Part shown: in pieces, positions 41,494 to 50,832 of the stretch | Layout of the letters: every line of letters starts with the position of its first letter | Numbering within the stretch: the stretch's first letter is position 1 | Assembly: GCA_018823025.1 (NCBI GenBank) | Contig: JAHJJI010000115.1 | Span: 1,833-65,832 of the forward strand | DNA from: Gammaproteobacteria bacterium | Lineage (GTDB): Bacteria > Pseudomonadota > Gammaproteobacteria > Burkholderiales > Sulfuricellaceae | Direction: 5' to 3' | DNA length: 64,000 bases | The notes under the pieces: model-generated | What the model was told of the DNA's origin: nothing | Database searches by the model: none | The model's input: the letters and a program-made list of their open reading frames with translations, nothing else | Made by a program: the position numbers and the translations under genes

Positions 41494-41775
41494 AGACAAG
41501 AGACCTGTTAGACAGTAGTCCTAGCAAGCCTACAGCTTGCAGCTATCTATAAAAAGTCAAATCCGACGACTTATACCCAAGCGGAGCTGAGTAAAGCAAA
41601 CAGATTTTCCAGCATATCCACAATCCAACAATTTCAGGAACAGGTCAACGCCAACATATCGATCAGTTTTATCCTCTTGGCACCCTACCCCGTTGCCCAG
41701 TGCTCAAATTGGCTGGATAGACCTAATAATGGAAAAATCTTTACCTGGTGAATCGCCGAGGCAGTACATATATCT
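41494..41775 (+). repeat. Island junction repeat, copy A (~280 bp, non-coding)
   Basis: Aligns by eye with 50125-50400 and 53762-54007. Shared blocks: ttccagcat..ccacaatccaaca, aacaggtcaac, ccctaccccgttgcc, ggatag...ataatgg. Confidence 0.8.
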
Positions 41776-41991
41776 GATGACACTTGCGCGGCAATGGCAG
41801 CGCTTTTGGAAGAGCGACACCAGGCCAAGATGCCGCCACACGAAGCAACATGCACAAGATACAAGCTATCGGGGATCCGGCTACTTAGCAGATGCCTACT
41901 GGCCATCAATATGTATTATTATGGCATATTGAAAATTCACATTTTTGAGCTCCTCCACTACATTCACTCTTGTTTCTGATCGCCACCACTT

Positions 41992-44694
41992 ATGAACATT
42001 GCCGAGATTGAATCGTCGCTCAAAAACCTGGGTGAAACACCATTTGATGCCGACACCTTCATTTATCGTTTTTTAGATATTTACGATGCCCCAAAAGCAA
42101 CAGTAACCAAGCTTCGCCAAGGCACAACGAATCAAACCAAGGAACCTGGCGATCTACTCTGGAAAAACAAACTATTTTTCCGCGTTACCGAAAAAGGCCA
42201 GACCGCCACAGCGGTTGACACCATGTTGGCCGATCCACTGACTAAGAAATACACCCCCCGTTTTTTATTGGCAACTGATGGTGAGGAAGTTTATTGCCGG
42301 GACATCAAGACTGACCAAACGCAGGACTCCCGCTTTGACAGACTGAACGATATTTTTGATTTTTTCCTCCCTCTCGCCGGGATTGAGCGCTATGAGGGAG
42401 TAGCGGAAAACCCCGCAGATATCAAAGCGACTGCTCGACTCGCCAAACTCTACGATGCCATTCTGGAAGCCAACCCGGAATGGGTGGGAAATGACCACAC
42501 CCACGAACTCAACATTTTCATGACACGCATGCTGTTCTGCTTTTTTGCGGAAGATACGTCAATATTTGAAAAGGACTTGTTCACCACAACTTTAATGACG
42601 TTGACCCGAGAGGATGGTACCGACACATCCTCTGTTTTGGAAACCGTCTTTGCGGCCATGAACACGTCAGACAAAGGGCGTGAAGGTTTGCCGGAGTTCG
42701 CCAGACGTTTCCCGTTCGTCAATGGCGGTTTGTTTCATGACAAGACTCCAATCCCGAAATTTTCCAAGCGCGCACGGCGGTTATTGAAAGAGTGCGGCGA
42801 ATTGCATTGGAAAGATATTAACCCGGATATTTTCGGCTCAATGATTCAAGCCGTGGTCGAGCCAGGTATGCGCGGCGATATGGGTATGCACTATACGTCC
42901 GTGCCCAACATCATGAAGGTATTGCAGCCGTTATTCCTGATGTCGTTGGAAGACGAGTTTGAATCTGCCCGTGATAGTGAAGCCAAGCTGCAGAAGCTAT
43001 TGCAACGCATCTATAACATCCGTGTATTCGACCCTGCCTGCGGATCCGGCAATTTCCTCATCATTGCCTATCGGGAACTACGCAAGATTGAGTCCCGGAT
43101 CTTTGCACGCCAAAAGGAAATTGCTAGGCAATGGTTGCTACCGATGACAGGAGTGCGACTCACCCAGTTTTTTGGGATCGAGCTTGCCGACTTCGCTGTG
43201 GAAACCGCGAAACTTTCACTGTGGATCGCCGAATATCAAATGAACGAGCAGTTCAAGGCTCAGTTTGGTACAGCCCCACCAGCACTGCCACTTCGTGATA
43301 GCGGAAATATCGTGCATGGGAATGCCACCCGATTGGATTGGTTGGAGGTCTGCCCACACATAGAGGGCGGCGAGACCTATATCGTGGGTAATCCGCCATA
43401 TTTAGGCGGTAAAAAACTCAGCAGTGGCCAATCAGAAGACATGGATGTTGCCGGTCTAGCAAAGATGAAGCAACTAGACTATATAGGTTGTTGGTTTGTA
43501 AAAGCGGCAAACCACATTGCTGAATCAGACTCTGAGTTTGCATTTGTGACCACCAGTTCTGTGTGCCAAGGCGAGCAAGTTCACTTGCTTTGGTCATATA
43601 TTTTCAAGAAAAATTTAGAAATTAGTTTTGCCCATGAACCATTCGCTTGGTCAAACAATGCCAAGAATAATGCAGGTGTTTTTTGCGTAATCGTAGGAGT
43701 TAAACAGATTGGCAAAAAATATCAGAAATGGATTTTCTCTGGAGCGCACGGAAGAAAGGCAAAAAACATAAGTCCATACTTGGTTGAGGGACCTTCTATT
43801 TTTGCAGTCCCTTCCACTAAGGTGTTAACAAGCTTGCCTCCAATGTGCATGGGCAGCAATCCTGTTGATGGTAAGCATCTAATTCTTGATCGCAAAGAAT
43901 ATGAGCAGCTTATTCAATCGCAACCAAATGCTGGAAGTTTTATGAAGAGGTATATGGGCGGGGAGGACTTCCTGAGTGGAAATCACCGTTATTGCATATG
44001 GATTGAGGAAGATGAAGTAAACGACGCTTGTGAAATTCCATTCATAAAGCACCGATTGGAAAGTTGCAAAATATATAGAAAAACTGCTGGTCGAGACGCG
44101 AAGAAATCAGCAGAAAAACCGTATCGATTTTGTTATAAAACACACCAAAATACATCCGCAATAATCTTTCCAAACACAAGTGCCGCAAGTAGAAACTACG
44201 TTCCTGGTGGTTTCACAGACGAAAATACGGTTATCAATAAAGATGCCTTTGCTATCTATGCTCCAGATGCATATGTTCTAGGGTTGCTGACCTCAACCCT
44301 TCATAGAGTATGGTTAGCAGCGGTAGGTGGTCGGCTCGGCATTGGGTACCGATATTCAGTGAAACTCGTCTACAATAATTTCCCGGTTCCCGAACTCTCT
44401 TCTAATCAGAAGCAATCGCTTGAAGACCATACTTGGGCGATCATTAATGCTCGCGAAGCACATCCCGGAAAAACAATGGCCTGGCTGTATGATCCTGCGA
44501 CCATGCCGGCAAACCTCTTGAAGGCTCACCAAGAACTGGATGATTCCCTGGAAGGCATATACATAGGCCGTCCATTCAAGAACGATGTTGAGCGGTTGGA
44601 ACACTTATTCAAACTCTACGCGAACATGATCAAAAAAGTACAAACAGCCAAAGCTACAAAACAACCGAGTTTGATTTCGACAGGAGCTGCTTGA
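41992..44694 (+). CDS. MmeI-family (Type IIL/ISP-like) N6-adenine DNA methyltransferase with target-recognition domain
   Basis: 900 aa. LFCFFAEDTSIFEKDLF, HYTSVPNIMKVLQPLF, FDPACGSGNFLIIAYRELR (motif I) and IVGNPPYLGG (motif IV). Colinear with MmeI along its length as I recall that sequence. Confidence 0.8.
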   Translation: MNIAEIESSLKNLGETPFDADTFIYRFLDIYDAPKATVTKLRQGTTNQTKEPGDLLWKNKLFFRVTEKGQTATAVDTMLADPLTKKYTPRFLLATDGEEVYCRDIKTDQTQDSRFDRLNDIFDFFLPLAGIERYEGVAENPADIKATARLAKLYDAILEANPEWVGNDHTHELNIFMTRMLFCFFAEDTSIFEKDLFTTTLMTLTREDGTDTSSVLETVFAAMNTSDKGREGLPEFARRFPFVNGGLFHDKTPIPKFSKRARRLLKECGELHWKDINPDIFGSMIQAVVEPGMRGDMGMHYTSVPNIMKVLQPLFLMSLEDEFESARDSEAKLQKLLQRIYNIRVFDPACGSGNFLIIAYRELRKIESRIFARQKEIARQWLLPMTGVRLTQFFGIELADFAVETAKLSLWIAEYQMNEQFKAQFGTAPPALPLRDSGNIVHGNATRLDWLEVCPHIEGGETYIVGNPPYLGGKKLSSGQSEDMDVAGLAKMKQLDYIGCWFVKAANHIAESDSEFAFVTTSSVCQGEQVHLLWSYIFKKNLEISFAHEPFAWSNNAKNNAGVFCVIVGVKQIGKKYQKWIFSGAHGRKAKNISPYLVEGPSIFAVPSTKVLTSLPPMCMGSNPVDGKHLILDRKEYEQLIQSQPNAGSFMKRYMGGEDFLSGNHRYCIWIEEDEVNDACEIPFIKHRLESCKIYRKTAGRDAKKSAEKPYRFCYKTHQNTSAIIFPNTSAASRNYVPGGFTDENTVINKDAFAIYAPDAYVLGLLTSTLHRVWLAAVGGRLGIGYRYSVKLVYNNFPVPELSSNQKQSLEDHTWAIINAREAHPGKTMAWLYDPATMPANLLKAHQELDDSLEGIYIGRPFKNDVERLEHLFKLYANMIKKVQTAKATKQPSLISTGAA

Positions 44695-46670
44695 TGGCCG
44701 ATTTTGTCACCGTAAATTATGCCCAGACCGGCGCAAGCCAAAATACCAACCAATACGGCATGCGGGCCATGCAGGCGCGGGCGTTTGATGCACGGAATTC
44801 CCAATATTTACTGGTCAAAGCACCGCCAGCGTCCGGCAAATCACGCGCCCTGATGTTCATCGGTTTGGACAAGCTTGAGAATCAAGGCATCAAAAAAGTG
44901 ATCGTCGCCGTGCCAGAACGATCCATCGGCGCATCATTCAAGTCCACCAAGTTAGGCGATGGAGGATTTTTTAGTGACTGGGTGGTTAATCCACAATGGA
45001 ACCTTACCGATGCGGGCTGCACGCAAAAGACTAAAGCCTTCGCTGATTTCATGGCTTCCAATGACAGCATTTTAGTCTGTACCCATGCCACGCTCCGTTT
45101 TGCGTTCGATCAACTGGGTGCCGCTGCCTTTGCAAACAGTGTGATCGCCATTGATGAGTTTCATCATGTTTCCGCCGACGAGAACAATCGCCTGGGCGAG
45201 GTGGTTAGAGCTCTTATGGTGGATGGCCGTTCTCACATTGTAGCCATGACCGGATCTTACTTTCGTGGCGACACAACCCCAGTGTTGCGCCCCGAGGACG
45301 AGGCACGCTTTACCCGTGTCAGCTACACCTATTATGAGCAGCTAAACGGGTATCGTGACCTGAAAACATTGGGTATTGGCTATCATTTTTATCGTGGTCG
45401 CTATGTTGATGCGATCAATGAAATTCTTGACCCCTACCTCAAAACCATTGTTCATATCCCCAGTGTTCGTTCGGCGGAGTCAACAACCGACAAATATACG
45501 GAAGTTGACCGAATTCTCGACCATCTAGGAGAAGTGGTCGGTAAGGACCCAGATACAGGATTCGATCTTGTGCGGCGTGCTGATGGCAAAATCATCAAGG
45601 TAGCCGACCTAGTGGACGACAATCTGGGCCGTGAAAAAGTCATGCTTGCACTACGTGATATAAAAGGGCGGGATGATGTCGATATCATCATTGCCTTGGG
45701 CATGGCTAAGGAAGGGTTCGATTGGATTTGGTGTGAACATGCGCTTACTGTAGGTTATCGAGGTTCTTTAACCGAAATTATCCAGATTATTGGGCGCTCG
45801 ACACGAGATGCACCCGGAAAATCTCACGCACAGTTCACCAATTTAATCGCCGAACCCGATGCAAGTGAAGATCGAGTCACCGATGCCGTCAATAATATGC
45901 TTAAAGCTATTGCGTGCTCGCTTTTGATGGAACAGGTACTAGCCCCTAATTTCAAGTTCAAGACCAGGCTGGATGCGGACGAGTTGGACGGTAGTCGACG
46001 AGAGAGCAACATCGCATACACTGGGGACGATAATATCATTGCAATCCGTGGATTCGCCGAACCCTCCACTGCTCGTACCAGACAGATACTCGAAAGCGAT
46101 TTGAATGACCTTTCAGCGGCGATCTTTCAGGATGAAGCCGTTTTGCGCGCGGCAATGAATCCGGATGAATATGCCCCAGAGGTAGTCAATCAGGTATTTA
46201 TTCCCAAAGTTATAGCTCGACAATATCCTGATCTGACTAGCAACGAAGTTGAAGAGGTACGCCAAGCAGTTGTGGCAAATGGCATTTTTAAGAGCCCAAC
46301 TGTCACTGTCGAACAGCAGGCCGATATTAAGTTTGTTCGGATGGCCGAAAGACTTATTAACATCGATGAAATCAACATTGACTTGATAGACAGCATCAAT
46401 CCCTTCCAACGAGCTTACGAAATTTTGTCCAAGTCAGTTACTGCCGATGTACTTAAAACCATACATGGCGCGATCACCTCCACCAAGATCGCCATGAGTG
46501 AAGAAGAAGCTGTTTCTCTTTACCCACGTATTAAAGCTTTTGTTGCTGAGAAAAAGGTAGAGCCCAGTCTTGTGAGTCCGAATCCGCTGGAACGAAGAAT
46601 GGCTGAGGCGTTAGCCTGGATACGTGAAGCCAAGCGCCGCAAGATGGCAGCCTCACCGCAGGAAGCTTAA
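44694..46670 (+). CDS. SF2 (DEAH-type) helicase
   Basis: Motif I APPASGKS, motif II DEFHH, motif III TGS, motif VI QIIGRSTRD. The start overlaps the methyltransferase stop (TGATG). Confidence 0.8.
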   Translation: MADFVTVNYAQTGASQNTNQYGMRAMQARAFDARNSQYLLVKAPPASGKSRALMFIGLDKLENQGIKKVIVAVPERSIGASFKSTKLGDGGFFSDWVVNPQWNLTDAGCTQKTKAFADFMASNDSILVCTHATLRFAFDQLGAAAFANSVIAIDEFHHVSADENNRLGEVVRALMVDGRSHIVAMTGSYFRGDTTPVLRPEDEARFTRVSYTYYEQLNGYRDLKTLGIGYHFYRGRYVDAINEILDPYLKTIVHIPSVRSAESTTDKYTEVDRILDHLGEVVGKDPDTGFDLVRRADGKIIKVADLVDDNLGREKVMLALRDIKGRDDVDIIIALGMAKEGFDWIWCEHALTVGYRGSLTEIIQIIGRSTRDAPGKSHAQFTNLIAEPDASEDRVTDAVNNMLKAIACSLLMEQVLAPNFKFKTRLDADELDGSRRESNIAYTGDDNIIAIRGFAEPSTARTRQILESDLNDLSAAIFQDEAVLRAAMNPDEYAPEVVNQVFIPKVIARQYPDLTSNEVEEVRQAVVANGIFKSPTVTVEQQADIKFVRMAERLINIDEINIDLIDSINPFQRAYEILSKSVTADVLKTIHGAITSTKIAMSEEEAVSLYPRIKAFVAEKKVEPSLVSPNPLERRMAEALAWIREAKRRKMAASPQEA

Positions 46671-46674
46671 AGCT

Positions 46675-47877
46675 ATGGTGCGCCAAACGCTAGACGATGT
46701 ATTGGCCGAGAATGACGACTTGGGTTTGCTGAATGTAAAACCGCACTCATCCAACTCCAGCACCGACGCAGTTCGCATTCAGCAGGCATTCGAAGAGGTC
46801 AATGTATTTGTTGATCGTCATCATTTCTCCCCCGGCGAAGGACAGAATGGTGAAAAGATTTCAGTAAGCGAGCGCACTCTACAAATGCGCCTTAAAACCT
46901 ATCGGGATCAACCAGACATATCTGCCCTATTGAAAGAAACAGACCGTCATGGTTTGTTAACAAGTCTGACTAAACAACCGCCACCACCGGCCAGTTTGGA
47001 CGACATTCTTGCTTTGGATGACGAACTACTTTCTGACCCAAACGAAGATATTTTTACATTTCGGCATGCTCGCCCAGCAGCAGCCCGTCCAGACAAGATA
47101 TCCGAACGTAAACCATGCCTTGATTTTGAGCAGTTCAAACCGCTATTCGATCAAGCGATTGATGATTTGGCAACAGGCGAACGTAAGAGTATGAAATTTG
47201 CCAATGAACAGGAGATCGAGGCTGGAGGGTTCTTCATTCTGAATGGTGTAATGGTCTATGTTGCCGAGGTAAACGACCCACATATTCGCAATGGAAAGCG
47301 TAATGCCCGACTCAGACTGATTTTTGAAAACGGCACTGAGGGGCAAAATTTGCTTAGGTCTCTGGCGACAGAGCTTTATAAAGACCCCAACGGTCGCCGC
47401 CTTTCTGACCCTAATGCCGGACCACTCTTTGATGCCAGACCTACCACTGCCACAGTAGCCAGTCCGAATGATCGCATCACGGGGTGCATTTATGTTGTAC
47501 GGAGCCTTTCGCCGTCCCCAGAAATTGCCAAACTTGATGGCCATCTTTTTAAAATCGGCTTCACTACAGGCACTTTTGAAGACCGTATTCGCGGAGCAAA
47601 GGATGACCCAACTTTTCTGTTGGCCGCAGTTCATCCCGTCCGAACTTACGATGCGATTAACCTTAATGCCAATAAATTTGAGAGTTTGGTACACCGGTTT
47701 TTCGCCGATGCACGGCTAGACATCGAAATCATGGATCGATTCGGCAAGCCATGTCGGCCAAGAGAATGGTTCCTACTTCCTCTTCCGGTTATTGAGGCGG
47801 CCATTACAATGCTGCTTGATGGTTCTATCTTGCGACATAGGTATGACCTGGTTTCGTGCGCCATTGTCCCTGTGTAG
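46675..47877 (+). CDS. T5orf172 (MUG113/GIY-YIG-like) domain protein
   Basis: ATG lies 4 nt after the helicase stop. The C-terminal domain has CIYVVRS...LFKIGFTTG..EDRI...PREWF, typical of T5orf172. Confidence 0.7.
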   Translation: MVRQTLDDVLAENDDLGLLNVKPHSSNSSTDAVRIQQAFEEVNVFVDRHHFSPGEGQNGEKISVSERTLQMRLKTYRDQPDISALLKETDRHGLLTSLTKQPPPPASLDDILALDDELLSDPNEDIFTFRHARPAAARPDKISERKPCLDFEQFKPLFDQAIDDLATGERKSMKFANEQEIEAGGFFILNGVMVYVAEVNDPHIRNGKRNARLRLIFENGTEGQNLLRSLATELYKDPNGRRLSDPNAGPLFDARPTTATVASPNDRITGCIYVVRSLSPSPEIAKLDGHLFKIGFTTGTFEDRIRGAKDDPTFLLAAVHPVRTYDAINLNANKFESLVHRFFADARLDIEIMDRFGKPCRPREWFLLPLPVIEAAITMLLDGSILRHRYDLVSCAIVPV

Positions 47878-47951
47878 CCAGCGGCGTAAGAATCGCACCC
47901 GAATTTAGTAAATACCATCAAACCTAAAGCCATCAAAAGTAGACGGTAGCC

Positions 47952-48239
47952 TTACAATCCTTTGAACCAGTATTGGCGCATTTTCGCCAAGAAATATCTC
48001 GAAATGGGGAACCCTGATTTATCACCAATAACAGAATCAATTCCGCAGTGTGGGCAAATAGCAGTAGTTCCCATATCAATCTCTGGGGATCCCAGATCTC
48101 TCACCGGCCCATCAACCCACTGGGTGACCTCCTTTGGATCGAATATAGTGAGACAGCAGAAACATCCACAAATCTGGCTCGACAGTAATTCCTGGCGATG
48201 AGATGTCGAGTGCAGGTGAGCTTTAATGATGTCGGGCAT
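47952..48239 (-). CDS. Cys-rich small protein (putative zinc ribbon), unknown function
   Basis: CGCFCC...CPHCGIDSVIG pattern. Lies 36 nt downstream of the DUF262 gene on the same strand. Confidence 0.55.
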   Translation of the reverse strand: MPDIIKAHLHSTSHRQELLSSQICGCFCCLTIFDPKEVTQWVDGPVRDLGSPEIDMGTTAICPHCGIDSVIGDKSGFPISRYFLAKMRQYWFKGL

Positions 48240-48275
48240 AACTCTTAGGGACCATCCAATAACTGATCACCCATA

Positions 48276-49991
48276 TCACTCCATGTTCTCGGCTTCAGCT
48301 TCGAGATTTGTTGCTTCAATAATACCTGTAACACGTTTGATCTCTTGCCAAAGTCGAGCCTCACGCCAAGCAAGGAATGCGTCGTAGTCGTCGGTCCAGA
48401 ACGGCGCACTGTCACCTGTAGGTAAGCAATGTGATGAAAGAATAGCGTCAAACGGAAAGCCATCTGTACTGCGGATTACTGATAGATAGTCGGAGGGTGC
48501 ACGATTGCTGATCATTTGATTGGTCGTCCGATCAATCAATGTTCGATTCAGGACGCAGTCTCTAGCACGTGCTAACTTTATGCCCTTCTGTTTCTCCAGG
48601 AAATCAGCAGGGAAAATATGGTGATCATCAATACCCTCTTCACTCATTAGCTTGCCCGTAATAACTGCCTGAGTATGAAAATCCCGTGCACCTGTCTCGT
48701 TTCCAAGGATTAGGCACATGACCCCGCGATAAATCGAACGCTGTCTGGGAGTCACATCTCGTAATGCCTTGGGATCGAAGCGAAGTCCTACAACGGTCTC
48801 GGGTAAAACACCGCCTTCAAACCAAGAAACCAATTCAGCGACATCTTTTGCTGCTTGGCTGTTGGGTGAACTCTCGTAAGCTTGACCAAATACAGCACAC
48901 CAAAACCAGCGCTTGAGTTTCTCTCTTTGAGCGCCAGCCTCGGCAGTTTTCGGCTGACCAGACTTAGCCAGAACAGCCGCCATCGGCGAAAGCATGGTCT
49001 GATAAGGCAACCATTTCGGCAGGACCACCTTGCAATCATCTCTCAGCATATTAAGACTCGCTGTCAGCCCTGCAATAACCTTAGGCCACCATATTTCAAT
49101 GTCAGAAGCCGTGAGATTCAGGACCTCACTACGTTTACATGAAGGAGATTTCCGGCTCGCCAGAGCAATGGCTTGCAAGATGTAATAGGGATCGACCTCG
49201 TAATCAGTGATGATTGGATTTTCTTCTTTAGCCTTATCCCACAGGTCTCGTAGGTTAATTTTTAGTGGCCAGAACCTTGCTGTCAGCAATTCAAAAACAC
49301 TGAGCTTAACGCCCGTTCTATTAAGCGTTTCGAAAATGGTGCACAGAGCATCCGGTTCAGTCTTGTCTGAAAGTGTAACGACGGGGAAGTGGTAGTCATC
49401 AATGACCTGAATCCACTTCTGATCGATATCGTCGAGAGTATCCTCCAAGGCGATACGGTCTTGGTCAGGCAGTTGGCGAGCTACTTTGCGACTCCACTGG
49501 CCGAAACCACCTGCCCCTCCTTTCAGCAAACTCAAAGGAAGGAGAAGTTCTTTCGCTTGAAGTTCAAAGCTCTCCCGAGCCTTTGCCCACTTGGTCGTGG
49601 CACGCACATGAAATATTGCTTCCTCAAAATCAGCACCATGTAGCAGTTTATTTAGATCAAGGTAATAGCGGTGTTCGCCAACGCCGTAGAAAGCCTGATA
49701 GAGCGATGTGAGTCGTTGTTGTCCATCGAGAACTAGAAACGTGTGCGACTTTCCGTCAAGAGCGGGCGCCCCTTCAAATTCTCTGGCAGCAAATACACGT
49801 TGAGCATCACGCACACGTAGGATGCTGCCAGCTGGGTAATTGTTAGCAATGGAAACGATCAATTCCTGCGTAGCACCAGGTTCCCAGACAAAATCACGCT
49901 GAAAGTCAGGCAACACCATCGCCCGAGAGTGAACGTCGCTCAATAAATCTTTTAAAGCGCGGGGGTTTGTGTCTTCAAATAAATTCATCAA
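48276..49991 (-). CDS. GmrSD-like DUF262 + DUF1524/His-Me (HNH) domain protein (Type IV restriction-like)
   Basis: N-terminal LPDFQRDFVWE and LVLDGQQRLTSL (DUF262/ParB-like NTPase). C-terminal IDDHHIFP...NRTLID..TN (His-Me finger). Confidence 0.8.
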   Translation of the reverse strand: MMNLFEDTNPRALKDLLSDVHSRAMVLPDFQRDFVWEPGATQELIVSIANNYPAGSILRVRDAQRVFAAREFEGAPALDGKSHTFLVLDGQQRLTSLYQAFYGVGEHRYYLDLNKLLHGADFEEAIFHVRATTKWAKARESFELQAKELLLPLSLLKGGAGGFGQWSRKVARQLPDQDRIALEDTLDDIDQKWIQVIDDYHFPVVTLSDKTEPDALCTIFETLNRTGVKLSVFELLTARFWPLKINLRDLWDKAKEENPIITDYEVDPYYILQAIALASRKSPSCKRSEVLNLTASDIEIWWPKVIAGLTASLNMLRDDCKVVLPKWLPYQTMLSPMAAVLAKSGQPKTAEAGAQREKLKRWFWCAVFGQAYESSPNSQAAKDVAELVSWFEGGVLPETVVGLRFDPKALRDVTPRQRSIYRGVMCLILGNETGARDFHTQAVITGKLMSEEGIDDHHIFPADFLEKQKGIKLARARDCVLNRTLIDRTTNQMISNRAPSDYLSVIRSTDGFPFDAILSSHCLPTGDSAPFWTDDYDAFLAWREARLWQEIKRVTGIIEATNLEAEAENME

Positions 49992-50124
49992 AACTTCACT
50001 TAGAAAGTTGGAAAAATACAGCGCGGAAGATGGAATGACAATGTCACAGCGTGAAGCAAACCTATTGAAATATCAAGTAGTCAGCTCACACACAGCAAAT
50101 TTAGTGCAACGGATGCTGTTTGAG

Positions 50125-50400
50125 CATGACATGAGACGGTGTAACAGTGCCGTATATACACCCCATCCAACGAACCACACCCGCCCGGAGTTGGCAATAC
50201 AAACAACTTTTCCAGCATGACCACAATCCAACAAATCCGAAAACAGGTCAACATCAACATCTAGACTAGGTTTCGTCTTCCAGGCACCAGGAAAGGTTAA
50301 CAAGGTTCGGCTCCCTACCCCGTTGCCAAGTGGTCTTGTTGGAGGGATAGTCCTGATAATGGCAAAGGCTTTGCCAGACACGTCCGAACAAGAGACGGTC
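50125..50400 (+). repeat. Island junction repeat, copy B
   Basis: Same blocks as copy A, in the same orientation, with an internal ~30-bp insertion (ccaggcaccaggaaaggttaacaaggttcggct). Confidence 0.8.
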
Positions 50401-50477
50401 GAGCTCCTCAACCGAGACTTCAGCCGTTACTATACTTATCGTGTCGTATTTGACTGACTCTGGAGAAACGGTGAGGT

Positions 50478-50693
50478 ATGAACTTTCTGCTTAGTTCTAT
50501 ATTCGCGGAGCGTCTACGTGATGCTGTCAGGTTGGAACCGCTGCTGCCAGACGAGATTCGCCGGATCGTTGGAATGGGTGAGAAATACATCGCGCTCTCA
50601 AACGCAGCGATTGACACTAATGTTTACACCAACATGTTTGAAGTAGAGATTGATGGAGTGAATCACATAATCTACGCCAAAATCTCACCATGA
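50478..50693 (+). CDS. Hypothetical small protein (71 aa)
   Basis: ATG preceded by GGTGAGG. Convergent with the STAND gene. No recognisable domain. Confidence 0.35.
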   Translation: MNFLLSSIFAERLRDAVRLEPLLPDEIRRIVGMGEKYIALSNAAIDTNVYTNMFEVEIDGVNHIIYAKISP

Positions 50694-50832
50694 ATGGTGT
50701 GGAGATCCGATTTGTCCACCGTTTCAGAGGTAGTCCAGTCTAGCGAAACGATAGAGCTTAGTAGCATCAGATCAGCCAGAGTGATCAGAGCTTTCACCAG
50801 CACACTCAAAGGGTTGAAGGCTGGCTGTATGG

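Noticed and set aside
41685-41932. ORFs 41685-41909 (-) and 41693-41932 (+), and similar ORFs in copies B and C (50073-50411, 53652-53861)
   Set aside because: They overlap the junction repeats, but the conserved nucleotides fall in different reading frames in the three copies. The conservation is therefore not at the protein level.
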